This document shows, one piece after another, positions 18,141 through 27,977 of a DNA stretch of 64,000 nt. This stretch comes from Candidatus Hydrogenedentota bacterium (lineage in GTDB: Bacteria > Hydrogenedentota > Hydrogenedentia > Hydrogenedentales > SLHB01), in assembly GCA_045863295.1 (NCBI GenBank), contig BTWA01000012.1:64001-128000 (forward strand), read 5' to 3'. Every line of letters begins with the position of its first letter. Positions within the stretch are counted from its first letter, which is position 1. Under the pieces are notes generated by a model that saw only the letters and a list, made by a program, of their open reading frames with translations, was not told the DNA's origin and ran no database searches. The position numbers were made by a program, and so were the translations under genes.

Positions 18141-18450
18141 GCAACCGTAAGTTGTGCGCTCAGCATAAAGTCTTTAGCAGGAACCAATTGAGTAGGCGAG
18201 TCTCCATTCGGTTGGGCGAAAGGAACGTATCGTGGCGTTGCACTGAACGGGAATGCGCAGGACAGGAGTGCGCGTCGACTGCACCTTTCTTGTGAAATTA
18301 CGGTCTTTCCGCCGGGCAAATTGATGCTCCTCCGCAGATTTACAGGAATGCCATTTACTCAAAATGGGTACAGAAAATGCTGCAATTAGCCGGCGGTGCA
18401 CTATGGCCCTCTTTCTTATGGGAGGTCCACGAGACCTTCGGAGCCTGGTC

Positions 18451-19206
18451 ATGACCGTGATCGACGTCGCCATGCGGCATGCAGTTATCGACGCCTACCG
18501 CGTTGAGCTACAACATCGCTATACCACACGAAATGTCCGCCGGTTTGTCGACCGAACCGCCTTTGACGAAGCTGTGCTGAAAGCGTTGAGGACGTTCTTC
18601 CTAAACCATATTTATCCGCCCGCGAAAGAGCGGGAAAAGCTGGATGCCGCCTGCGACCACGTTGCCGAGATTCTGCGGACCCCAAAACAAGTTATGCCCC
18701 TACTGGGCACCGCTCTGAAGACCCTGATCGCACTTGGCACAAGCCTGCCTGCCGCCGCCTCCATGACAGTTACCACGTTGGAGGCCCTGAAGGAAACTCG
18801 CCGATTTGAGAGTGAATTGGTCAAACTCGCCTTGAGGTCGAGCCATGCTCCAATCGATTTGAAGGAACGAGCCGTCTGCCGGGCACTCGTGGCGTTACTA
18901 CCCAAAAAGGAAGTCATTCGTTTCCGGACCGACGTTATCAAGCTTTTTGATTCCATGAACAACGTCAAACTGTTGCGAACTGGAGTCCGCGTCATGGAAC
19001 AAGCGATGACTACTATGCGGGGCAGGCCGGACAAATTCTCGGATCGTGACATACAAGGCTTTGAACTGGGTCGAACATTGCTTCATGCCAGCCAGCAACT
19101 CTACGAAATGTTGAAACCGGGCGAAGCCAGCCAAATCGTCGCTGTCATAGAAAGAATCGAAATCGACTGGTACGAGGGGGTAATTGCGGAAGCCCACAAC
19201 CGGTGA
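18451..19206 (+). CDS. Hypothetical helical protein
   Basis: Long ORF (track start 18364; ATG 18451 has a GGAG RBS); operon-like spacing with the next gene. Confidence 0.65.
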   Translation: MTVIDVAMRHAVIDAYRVELQHRYTTRNVRRFVDRTAFDEAVLKALRTFFLNHIYPPAKEREKLDAACDHVAEILRTPKQVMPLLGTALKTLIALGTSLPAAASMTVTTLEALKETRRFESELVKLALRSSHAPIDLKERAVCRALVALLPKKEVIRFRTDVIKLFDSMNNVKLLRTGVRVMEQAMTTMRGRPDKFSDRDIQGFELGRTLLHASQQLYEMLKPGEASQIVAVIERIEIDWYEGVIAEAHNR

Positions 19207-19218
19207 GGAGGAAGCGCA

Positions 19219-19695
19219 ATGGCGTTCACGGTCGATGTGCAAGCGTCGAAGCGATTCAAGACGAAGGCACCCATCAAAAAAGTATATGAATTGGTGTCTG
19301 ACGTGCCAAAGTCCGCGGGCCACTTTCCAAAGCGGGAAAAGCTCATCGACCTGGGCGGAAACGCATATCGGTGGGAAATGGAGAAAATCGGTCTAGAGCG
19401 GTTCTCTATTCAAACCATCTACGCTTGTCAGTATGCAGCGAGCAAGAAAGACTGGACAGTTGCTTGGACGCCGATCGAAGGCGTGGGCAATGCGCGGATT
19501 AAGGGAAAATGGTTGCTGAAAGCCGCCAAGGACGGTGGAACGCAATGCAGTTTTTCCACATCCGGCGAATTGTCAATGCCGCTCCCCGGCATGGTCAAAT
19601 ACTTGGTGTCCGGTCTGCTCGAGCGTGAATTCTCGTCGCTAATCGAAGAATACTTGGACAATATAAAATCCGCTTTGGCGAATTCGGGGCAGTAG
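19219..19695 (+). CDS. SRPBCC/CoxG-like lipid-binding protein
   Basis: APIKKVYELVSDVPKSAGHFP pattern, GNARIKGKW; GAGGAGG RBS. Confidence 0.75.
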   Translation: MAFTVDVQASKRFKTKAPIKKVYELVSDVPKSAGHFPKREKLIDLGGNAYRWEMEKIGLERFSIQTIYACQYAASKKDWTVAWTPIEGVGNARIKGKWLLKAAKDGGTQCSFSTSGELSMPLPGMVKYLVSGLLEREFSSLIEEYLDNIKSALANSGQ

Positions 19696-19704
19696 CGAGC
19701 AAGT

Positions 19705-20010
19705 CTATTCTTCAGTAAACCGGATTCGACGCTTTTCTTGCTCCGCGTGCTCGCGATAAAGCATGGCCACGTGCCCAATGATACCCGCTACTGCACTGTG
19801 TGTCCGGGTCGCTAATTCGTCCACAAGCGCTCGTTTCTCATCCTTGTGGTCCACAAACCGGATCTTGATCAATTCGTGGGCGGCCAACGCCTTGTCTGCC
19901 GATTCCACCAATTGGTCGGTTATCCCGTTTTTGCCAATGAAAACAATGGGCTCCAAATGGTGTGCAAGACTGCGCAAGTATTTCCGATCACCGCTTGAAA
20001 GCTCTCGCAT
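19705..20010 (-). CDS. yhbY: YhbY/CRM-domain RNA-binding protein
   Basis: YLRSLAHHLEPIVFIGKNG, HELIKI, IGHVAMLYR. Confidence 0.92.
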   Translation of the reverse strand: MRELSSGDRKYLRSLAHHLEPIVFIGKNGITDQLVESADKALAAHELIKIRFVDHKDEKRALVDELATRTHSAVAGIIGHVAMLYREHAEQEKRRIRFTEE

Positions 20011-20094
20011 AGTTCCTCTTTGGGGTTATTTGTCCGCTCACTGTATTCGCGACGACTCTCCGAATCAACTTCTGAAGCATTTTTGGGGCCGCCC

Positions 20095-20124
20095 TTGACA
20101 GAGTGGCATTGTTGTCCGTATAGT
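20095..20124 (+). promoter_or_regulatory. Putative sigma70 promoter of marR-like gene
   Basis: TTGACA-N18-TATAGT. Confidence 0.65.
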
Positions 20125-20150
20125 TAATATGTGAACGGATAGGAAGATAT

Positions 20151-20630
20151 ATGCCGCTCAAAGAAGAACTGGGACTGCGCGAGTCCTTCAAACACCGGGA
20201 GCACGAAGTGCTGCTCGGCATCTATTACACGGCATCAATTCTGAAGAAAAAGGCGGACGAGTTTTTCCGTACAAGGGAACTTACAGACGTACAGTTCAAC
20301 GTTCTCATGCTGTTGAAAAGCCAGTGTGGGGAAGAAGGTGGACTTACCCAGGTGGAATTAAGCCGGATGATGTTGGTCAATCGTGCCAATATTACATCAC
20401 TGGTCGATCGCATGGAAAAGGCAAATCTGGTGACCCGCGTCGCTACGCCCGGTGACCGTCGGTATAACCTCATCAAGATGACCAAACGGGGAGAGCGCAT
20501 TTTCATGGCCGTGGCGGAGGAATATCATCATGCGGTGGATGAGGTCATGGGCGCATTGAATGACTCTGAAAAGAAGACGCTGAGCGGGTTGCTCGAAAAG
20601 TTGCGCAAACACCTTCCGGACCAAGGCTGA
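20151..20630 (+). CDS. MarR-family transcriptional regulator
   Basis: LTDVQFNVL, LTQVELS, ITSLVDRMEKANLVTR, DRR..IKMT..G. Confidence 0.93.
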   Translation: MPLKEELGLRESFKHREHEVLLGIYYTASILKKKADEFFRTRELTDVQFNVLMLLKSQCGEEGGLTQVELSRMMLVNRANITSLVDRMEKANLVTRVATPGDRRYNLIKMTKRGERIFMAVAEEYHHAVDEVMGALNDSEKKTLSGLLEKLRKHLPDQG

Positions 20631-20657
20631 TTACTTAACCCGACAGGAGCCATTGCC

Positions 20658-21950
20658 ATGTTTCGTGTATACGTGCAGTTTAGATATAAACAGCTTATGT
20701 ACATACTAAAACGGTGGCTTCTGAAAGCTACGGCACTCGCCGCCATCGCTACCTTCGTCTCCGGATGCCTAACCGTGTGTTGGACCGTAATGCTTATCCC
20801 TCTATGTCTGGTTGGCGTTATCTTTTTGCCGTTTTACCTCGTCATGCTACCCATCTACTATGCGAACGAGGGTGCGCCTGACACGTTCGGGGTCCAGCAA
20901 ATTGCAGTGGCGCCCGATGGCCGTTCCATCGCGGGAACGGTGCTCGAAAACGGCAAAACACGCCTGGTCCGATTTCCAGTGGAGGGCGAATCTACGCCGA
21001 TTCTGTTGACCGACGGAAACCATTCGGATTTCGATCCTGTATACACGCCTTCGGGCGATAGCCTCTTGTTCGCCCGCAACACAGGGCGGGACGAGTCAAA
21101 CCTGTTTGCAATGGAGCCAGACGGATCGAACCTCCGGCAGTTAACCCATACCAAAGGCAATTTGTGGGGTGTCAACCTATCGAAAGACGGCCAGTGGGCG
21201 GTATTCAGCTATTCTGAAAAGGGGAAGCAAGCAGACATCCATCTGCTGAATCTAGTGACATTGGAACGTCTGACCGTTACCAACGACGAAGACTCCCATG
21301 ATATCAATCCCATTCTGCTTGAGGATGGTGAAACGATCCTCTTCGCTCGAGGAACATGGTTTGGCCACTATTCCCCGATTGCCGCATCGGCTTGGCACGA
21401 TTTCGACCTTTTCACCGTCCAAAAAGACGGTACCGATCTCCGCCAGCTCACCCGTCAAAGCAGCTACGGAACAAGCCGTATGGAACGAACTTCCGATCGG
21501 AATCGTGTTCTCTATTCGTACGGGGGCTTTGTATCACTGGAAGACGGACAGATTGCCGACATACTTCCCAAGGGTATTCGCTACACGGTGTTGAGTGAGA
21601 CAGACCTTCCAGTAAATGACCCAGGCCGGTTTCGAATTTCAAGGGATGGCAAACGCCTCGCGTTTCTAATGAGCGAAGAGACGAGCGAAGGAAAGGACAT
21701 CGACACCCTTCACATCATGGATGTTGAAGACCAAACGCCCAGGGAAATCGCACGGCATGAATCCATACACTCCGTTTCATGGATGCCTTCCGGCGATGCA
21801 GTTGCTTTCACTTCCAGTCGTTCAATAACCAAAACCCAACAAAGGCTCGAACTGTGGCTGGCTATGGTCGACGGTTCGCCACCTCGGCGTTTGGATTACG
21901 CTCTGGAAAGCGGATCAGAAGAAAAGGAGCACCGCGATGAAGACGAATAA
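20658..21950 (+). CDS. TolB-like PD40-repeat beta-propeller, membrane anchored
   Basis: APDGRSIA, TPSGDSLLF, DGSNLRQLT, SRDGKRLAF, WMPSGDAVAF repeats; hydrophobic N-terminus. Confidence 0.8.
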   Translation: MFRVYVQFRYKQLMYILKRWLLKATALAAIATFVSGCLTVCWTVMLIPLCLVGVIFLPFYLVMLPIYYANEGAPDTFGVQQIAVAPDGRSIAGTVLENGKTRLVRFPVEGESTPILLTDGNHSDFDPVYTPSGDSLLFARNTGRDESNLFAMEPDGSNLRQLTHTKGNLWGVNLSKDGQWAVFSYSEKGKQADIHLLNLVTLERLTVTNDEDSHDINPILLEDGETILFARGTWFGHYSPIAASAWHDFDLFTVQKDGTDLRQLTRQSSYGTSRMERTSDRNRVLYSYGGFVSLEDGQIADILPKGIRYTVLSETDLPVNDPGRFRISRDGKRLAFLMSEETSEGKDIDTLHIMDVEDQTPREIARHESIHSVSWMPSGDAVAFTSSRSITKTQQRLELWLAMVDGSPPRRLDYALESGSEEKEHRDEDE

Positions 21951-23133
21951 ACCTGTGGCCGTTCTGGCCTTGATGCTCGCTGTGGGGTGCGCCCACAGCC
22001 GGACTCAGCCGGGTATGGATGGTGTGCAATCAGCCGTCGTTTCGCCCTGCACCGGCACAATCGTCATGGAATACCGATCGCAAGGAGTACAGAACCTTTT
22101 GGCCATCGCCCCGGACAGCGTAACGGCAAAACCGCTGACCACAGGCAGCGTGTACGACTTCGGTCCGACCTGTTCGCCAACCAAACCCCTGATTGTCTTT
22201 GCCAGAAAGACGACCGATCACAAGGCCGCCCTGTGGACGGTGGCAATGGATGGAAGCAAATTGAACAGGATCACCAGCGGCCAAACGCGCGACTGGATGC
22301 CACGGTTTACGCCCGACGGCGAGGAGGTGATCTATTGTTCCGCGACCGGCGATGACACCAGCTTATATGCGATAGGCGAAAACGGGACAAACCGGCGACC
22401 GGTTGCCATCGCATATCGATCGTCTATCCGGCCTCAGCCGCTGAATGACGACGGGCAGATTTTGTTTTGGCGCGCCTGGAACCGTGCAAAGGGAGGCTCG
22501 TTTGAAGAACCTGCATGGGATTACCACGGCCCATACCTTTTAGACCCTGTCACTGATCTCTGTACCCGGCTTCACGAGGATTTCTACGCCCGGCCCATTT
22601 CGGTGAGCGCTTCCCTGCGGTTAGGCATCGTGGCTGTGTGTGTCCCCGACGATTCGAATGACGACGCTCTGTTGTTGTACTGGCGAGAAGAACCGGCGAG
22701 ATGGCGGTACTTGAGACCCTCTAGCGAAGGCTATGTAGATCTGGATGAGTACAAAAAGAACACGATCGATCTGCGCTATCCTTGTTTCTCTCCGGAAGGT
22801 GCAATGCTGGTTTTCACGCGAGTGGAACGGGGCAAGAACCAAAGTACCTTGCATGTGATGGACATGAACACGGGTACGGCAAGACAAGTGTATGGGCAGG
22901 GGAATTGGATTGAATCGCCTTGCTTTCTACTTGGGGAGGAGAAGATCATTTTCATTGCCGTGGAGATGGAGGGAGGGCAGGCATGCCGCCAACTTTGGAT
23001 GGTAGACACGGACGGTACGAACGCCAAACGGTTGGACGCCGGGATCGGAACTACTGCGTCAGAATCGATGGCTACTCCGCCTCGGAAGCCCGGGAGGGTT
23101 GCGGGACCAAAAGTAGTAGTCCTCCGCCAATGA
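21937..23133 (+). CDS. TolB-like PD40-repeat lipoprotein
   Basis: Lipobox AVGC; PRFTPDGEEVIY, PCFSPEGAMLVF, DGTNAKRL repeats. Confidence 0.8.
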   Translation: MKTNKPVAVLALMLAVGCAHSRTQPGMDGVQSAVVSPCTGTIVMEYRSQGVQNLLAIAPDSVTAKPLTTGSVYDFGPTCSPTKPLIVFARKTTDHKAALWTVAMDGSKLNRITSGQTRDWMPRFTPDGEEVIYCSATGDDTSLYAIGENGTNRRPVAIAYRSSIRPQPLNDDGQILFWRAWNRAKGGSFEEPAWDYHGPYLLDPVTDLCTRLHEDFYARPISVSASLRLGIVAVCVPDDSNDDALLLYWREEPARWRYLRPSSEGYVDLDEYKKNTIDLRYPCFSPEGAMLVFTRVERGKNQSTLHVMDMNTGTARQVYGQGNWIESPCFLLGEEKIIFIAVEMEGGQACRQLWMVDTDGTNAKRLDAGIGTTASESMATPPRKPGRVAGPKVVVLRQ

Positions 23134-24316
23134 GGAACAAAACGATCAGGCTCAATACACCGGACTGCACGCGCCCGCTGACCTGCGTGAATATACCAAC
23201 CAATAGCGGTCCAAGCACGGCGGCAAATTTGCCGAAAATGTCGTAGAAGCCAAAGAACTGCGCTGCCTTCGTCTTCGGCACGATGGCTGCAAAATAGGAC
23301 CGGCTTAACGCCTGTATGCCTCCCTGCGCCGTGCCCACCAGAATCGCCATGATCCAGAACTCGGTGGCGCTGGTCACAAAGTAGGCGAAGACTGTGACAC
23401 CCAGATAGATGACGAGACCGAACAGCAGCATGTTTTTGCCGGTAAACGTTTTGGCCAGCATGCCGTAGATGATGGCGGAGGGAAACGCCACAATCTGAGT
23501 AACAAGGAAGATCATCAGCAATGTGTTGTCTGTCAGACCAATGTCCTTGCCAAACACCGTCGCCATTTTGATGATTGTATGCACGCCATCGATATAGCAG
23601 AAATAGGCCAGCAAGAAGAGAAAGACATGCCGGTAATGCCGGATTTCGGATAGGGTCTTGAACAGTCGGGCAAAGCTCTCCGTCACCGGATTTCCCGAAC
23701 TCTCCAAGAAATGCTTTTGGCGGACGTTTAACAACAGGGGAACAGTCAACAGCAACCACCAAGTAGCCGTAATTACAAACCCGATGCGTGTCGCCGTCAC
23801 AGTTTCAATTCCTAACTGAGGCGCCATCCGGACAATTCCCAACACGAGGATAAACGGCAATACACTTCCGATGTAGCCCCACGCGAACCCGGATGCGGAA
23901 ATCCAGTCCATGCGTTCGTCATCCGTCACATCCACCAAAAACGAATCGTAAAACACGACTGCCCCGTAAAACCCAATCGAAGACACGGCATAAATGATCG
24001 CGCACGTCAGCCACGCGCCTTCCTGAACCGCCACCAGGGCCAGCGTCGAAACAATGCCAATGGCAAAAAACGCCATAAACAGGCGCTTCTTGAAGTCCTT
24101 CAAATCCGCCATCGCCCCAAGCACAGGCGCCACCAGCGCCACGCACAACGAGGCCGCTGTGTTGGTGTACGCCCAATATGCTGTCGAAGTCTCGCTGTCC
24201 AGCCCCTGAGCCGCCACGTTCTTAAAGAAAATGGGGAGGACCGTCGCCGTTATGATTAGGGTATACGCCGAATTCCCCACATCATAGAGAATCCAGCTCC
24301 GCTCTTGCTTGGTCAT
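23072..24316 (-). CDS. MFS transporter, UMF1/Atg22-like
   Basis: SWILYDVGNSAY, GFAWGYIG, GGIQALSRS, FFGFYDIFGKFAA; about 12 TM. Confidence 0.9.
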   Translation of the reverse strand: MTKQERSWILYDVGNSAYTLIITATVLPIFFKNVAAQGLDSETSTAYWAYTNTAASLCVALVAPVLGAMADLKDFKKRLFMAFFAIGIVSTLALVAVQEGAWLTCAIIYAVSSIGFYGAVVFYDSFLVDVTDDERMDWISASGFAWGYIGSVLPFILVLGIVRMAPQLGIETVTATRIGFVITATWWLLLTVPLLLNVRQKHFLESSGNPVTESFARLFKTLSEIRHYRHVFLFLLAYFCYIDGVHTIIKMATVFGKDIGLTDNTLLMIFLVTQIVAFPSAIIYGMLAKTFTGKNMLLFGLVIYLGVTVFAYFVTSATEFWIMAILVGTAQGGIQALSRSYFAAIVPKTKAAQFFGFYDIFGKFAAVLGPLLVGIFTQVSGRVQSGVLSLIVLFLIGGGLLLLVPQPSRASEAE

Positions 24317-24573
24317 GCAAACGCCCCTGAAGTTATTGCGGAATTGTGACTACCTAAATTGTGGTAATCAAGCGGACCATCACCCGGTGGACGCCAATAG
24401 GCCACAATACGCCTCCCAATAAGCAACCGACCGAAGTCCGGACCATTGAATGCAATTTGATCCTTCTCTACAATCCCATTGGACAGTTAGGTACCGGCTG
24501 GGTCCAAGAGAGGCGCCGGGAGCCGTAGCGACTCACTGGAGTCCGCCCATCAGGTGCAGATACCGGGAACGGA

Positions 24574-26520
24574 ATGAGAATCCGAACAAAAACCGGGCTG
24601 GTGTTTGTTGGCGTCGTCGCGCCTTTGGTCTGCGCGGTATACGCGATTTCACAAATCATACTGCTGCGTCACTTCTCTCAAATCGAAGTGGCCGACGCCC
24701 GACGCACCATAGTACAGGTGGAAAACGTCCTCAAAGCTCGTGTGGAAGACCTCTCTGTACGGGTTGCGGACTGGGCGAATTGGGACGAAACGTACCGCTT
24801 CTTGCAAGACGCAAATCAGAGTTTCGTCGTCCAAAACCTGAATTCGGAGTCATTTGTCTACGGGTTGAATGTAAATTTTGCCGTTTTTCTTGACACGGAA
24901 CGTCGTGTAGTGCGCGTGGCTGGATTCGATTTGGAATCCGGCGAACCCATGGATCCCCCCGCAGAATTCCTGCACTCCCTCACTCCTGAAAACCCGTTAC
25001 TGACGGCAAGGCCTTCGGATTCGCCTGCGGCCGGATTTGCCTTTCTTGATGCCGGATTGCTGATGGTATCCGGATTGCCCGTATTGAAGAGCGATTTCAC
25101 GGGGCCGCCCACGGGGTACCTTGTCTTTGCCGTGCTGATGGACAGTCGGTACGTACGCAGTCTGGGTGATATGTTGGGACACACCATTGAAGTCTTAGCA
25201 CCCGGAGCCGGGATCAACCAAGGTGAGTATGATGCTCTCTTCGCGGAATTTAAGGCGAACAATGCCCCGCCGGTTTCGGTTCTGGACGACCGGCAAATCG
25301 CCGCATATTCATTTCTCACAGATGTTCACGGAAATCCGGGGTCCATACTACGAGTAAGTGTGCCTCGAGATACCTATCCACAAGGCGTGCGCGCTCTGAA
25401 TTTGCTGATGTTTGCACTGATTCTCGTGGGCGTATCCGTTTCCGTCGCCTCAATGCTGTTATGGGATCGTTTTGTACTGGCACGAATCGCGAGACTGAGC
25501 GCGGAAATTGCCGCGATCAGTCAAAGACGCAACACAGCGCAACGCGTCACCGTAAGCGGTAACGATGAAATCACCTCCTTCGAAACCATGATTAACGAGA
25601 TGTTGGAAACCGTGCATTCGGCAGAATCCGCACTAATGGAGAACGACGCCAGGCTTCGTGCCATTTTATACACGGCGGTGGACGGTATAGTTACAATCGA
25701 TGGAACGGGCGCTATTCAAAGTCTCAATCGGTCCGCGGAAGTCACTTTTGGATATGCACCCAACGAAGTCATCGGCCGGCGATTCGACATCCTTGTGCCG
25801 GACATCGATCCAGAACCACATACAAACCAGCCGGCAATGAATATGCAAGAGTATCTTGGATCGGGCCGGGAGGTTGTGGGACGCCGCAAGAATGGCGAAT
25901 CATTCCCATTGTATCTGGCCGTGAGTGAAGTACCCTTAAAGAACATGCACATATACTCCGCAATCATGCGGGACATCACGGTCGCGAAACGCAATGAAGC
26001 AAAACTAACGGAATTGGCCACAATTGACTCGCTCACAGGATTGAACAATCGAAGATATTTCCTGGAAAGACTAGAATTCGCCGTGGAGTCCAAGAAGCGA
26101 TTCGGCCATGCCATGTGTGCGGCGTACCTCGACGTTGACGAGTTTAAACAGGTCAATGACCACTTCGGCCATGCCGTAGGCGACGACGTTCTGGCGGCTC
26201 TGGGAAAGATCATTCAGGCCGAAGTGCGGAAAATCGATATCGCCGGCCGTTTGGGCGGCGACGAGTTTTGTATCGTGTTCATTCAAACTACGGCCAAAGC
26301 GGCATTATTAAGTGTGGACCGTATCCGGAAAGCCATAGAGGCCGTATCCTTTGGGCACGATGCCGCACGGCCTGTCCGAGTGACCATTACGGCGGGGCTA
26401 GCCGATATGCCGCAGGGTGAATGCAGCGCCAAATCACTTCTGGAAGCGGCGGATTCGGCCTTGTATAAGGCAAAAGAACTTGGCAAGAATCGTTGCGGTG
26501 TCTTCAACGAGCAATCATAG
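24574..26520 (+). CDS. Diguanylate cyclase (CHASE4-HAMP-PAS-GGDEF)
   Basis: DWANWDETY CHASE4 motif, second TM and HAMP, PAS ending RDIT, DSLTGLNNRR, RLGGDEF, I-site RKID. Confidence 0.92.
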   Translation: MRIRTKTGLVFVGVVAPLVCAVYAISQIILLRHFSQIEVADARRTIVQVENVLKARVEDLSVRVADWANWDETYRFLQDANQSFVVQNLNSESFVYGLNVNFAVFLDTERRVVRVAGFDLESGEPMDPPAEFLHSLTPENPLLTARPSDSPAAGFAFLDAGLLMVSGLPVLKSDFTGPPTGYLVFAVLMDSRYVRSLGDMLGHTIEVLAPGAGINQGEYDALFAEFKANNAPPVSVLDDRQIAAYSFLTDVHGNPGSILRVSVPRDTYPQGVRALNLLMFALILVGVSVSVASMLLWDRFVLARIARLSAEIAAISQRRNTAQRVTVSGNDEITSFETMINEMLETVHSAESALMENDARLRAILYTAVDGIVTIDGTGAIQSLNRSAEVTFGYAPNEVIGRRFDILVPDIDPEPHTNQPAMNMQEYLGSGREVVGRRKNGESFPLYLAVSEVPLKNMHIYSAIMRDITVAKRNEAKLTELATIDSLTGLNNRRYFLERLEFAVESKKRFGHAMCAAYLDVDEFKQVNDHFGHAVGDDVLAALGKIIQAEVRKIDIAGRLGGDEFCIVFIQTTAKAALLSVDRIRKAIEAVSFGHDAARPVRVTITAGLADMPQGECSAKSLLEAADSALYKAKELGKNRCGVFNEQS

Positions 26521-26552
26521 AAGCCCCGTAGGGTAGACCTCTGAATATTCGC

Positions 26553-26723
26553 TCATAAAGGCTGCTTTGGCACAAGTACTTGCGCTGATGTCGCGTTTCC
26601 GTCTTCAACATTCGTTGACACTTTGGGGAGATACGATTCAGGCGGTGCGTTCGTTGAAGTGAAGACGAGGAAGAGAAGGGCTAAAAGCAATGCAAGGCCT
26701 ATCCGCTTTGCCAAAGTGTTCAT
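26553..26723 (-). CDS. Possible small membrane/secreted protein, 56 aa (MNTLAKRIGLALLLALLFLVFTSTNAPPESY...)
   Basis: Basic N-terminus plus hydrophobic helix; 38 nt downstream of the sulfotransferase; weak RBS. Confidence 0.45.
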   Translation of the reverse strand: MNTLAKRIGLALLLALLFLVFTSTNAPPESYLPKVSTNVEDGNATSAQVLVPKQPL

Positions 26724-26761
26724 GAGAACAGTAATCCCTGAACCCTCGGCAGAGTTGCCGT

Positions 26762-27775
26762 CTATTCGCGCAACAAAACATCGCAGACCAGACGGGCCTT
26801 GCTCAGCACTCCCCGGAACATGCCGCCCTTCTGCGCCTGCGCACGGAGCCCCACGATGAGTTTGCGTTGCAGCCGGTAGCGCGTGAGGCCTGATGCGCGG
26901 CTGGCGACGCTCTTTCCTTGGACCTGTTCCAGTGCTTCCCAGAAACTCGCCGGAGGATATCCCCAGACGGTCAGATCCTCTTCGGCCAGCCGGTCGACAA
27001 TAGCCCGCATCATCGAGAGTTTCAACGGATCGGCCACCAATTCCGATGCCCACTTTTCGATAGATCCGGTCTGTGGCCGATCGTGCTGCGTGACGCCAAT
27101 GGGATCTCCCAGACCGTCTGAGTGCGCGGTTCCCGGCCGTTCGCCGTAATTGACCATCGCCGGTTCATACGGCACGCCGATGTAGGCACAGATTTCCTGC
27201 ATCCAAAGTTCGGGTTTCCGAACCAAATCCTCGTACCGCACATGAAATACTTGCGGATAGTCCCTCCGCAGAAAGTCCGCGATGGCGGGAACATACCGGT
27301 TCAACAAAGGATTGTAATTCTGTGCAGCCTGATAATTTCCATCAAAAAACGAATTGGCATACGATGAAAATACCGCCAATGGATGCCGAGTCAGTACAAC
27401 GTACTTCGCATCCGGAAACACCTTGGCGATAAACGGCAAAATGAGCGCGTACGCAGGCGTCTTGTCCAGGCAAATGTGCTTTCCGCTCCCCGCAATATAC
27501 GCTCCATATAGAGTGTCGCAATATGCGCGGCATGCTTTCCAATAGTCTGATTCGCCACCGGGCAACTTGCTGATGAATAGCTTTTGTGATTCCGCCGCCA
27601 GTACATGGTCATATGGGGCTTTGTCCACGTTGGCCCATACCCCCAAGTGCGCCAACGGGGTCAGCAAGTGCGGCTCGGGGCCGCCATGAATAAGGGAATG
27701 GCCTTCCAGCATGCGTTCCAGCATCGTGCTCCCCGATCGAGGGGCACTTATCACGAAAACCATGGGAACACTCAT
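26762..27775 (-). CDS. PAPS-dependent sulfotransferase family protein
   Basis: SAPRSGSTML (5'-PSB), LDKTP, RHPLAVFSS (3'-PB), VRYEDLV. Confidence 0.9.
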   Translation of the reverse strand: MSVPMVFVISAPRSGSTMLERMLEGHSLIHGGPEPHLLTPLAHLGVWANVDKAPYDHVLAAESQKLFISKLPGGESDYWKACRAYCDTLYGAYIAGSGKHICLDKTPAYALILPFIAKVFPDAKYVVLTRHPLAVFSSYANSFFDGNYQAAQNYNPLLNRYVPAIADFLRRDYPQVFHVRYEDLVRKPELWMQEICAYIGVPYEPAMVNYGERPGTAHSDGLGDPIGVTQHDRPQTGSIEKWASELVADPLKLSMMRAIVDRLAEEDLTVWGYPPASFWEALEQVQGKSVASRASGLTRYRLQRKLIVGLRAQAQKGGMFRGVLSKARLVCDVLLRE

Positions 27776-27977
27776 TGAATAAACGGCCCTTCCTAGTCGT
27801 CAACAGAGTAGCTGGAAGCGTAGTCACTGGGGCGAAGCATTTCAAATTGCACAGTGTTTCAATCGGCAGTGCAGAAGATCCCGTGGCTTTTGATATAGTC
27901 TGTCGCTTGTGACCGGAAAAGGCCATTGCCGATCCGGGAGTCCTGGTAACTTCAAGCATTGAACGGGCGGATGTAGT

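Noticed and set aside
22776..23762. 328-aa minus-strand ORF
   Set aside because: Alternative frame of the MFS gene and antisense to the TolB-like gene
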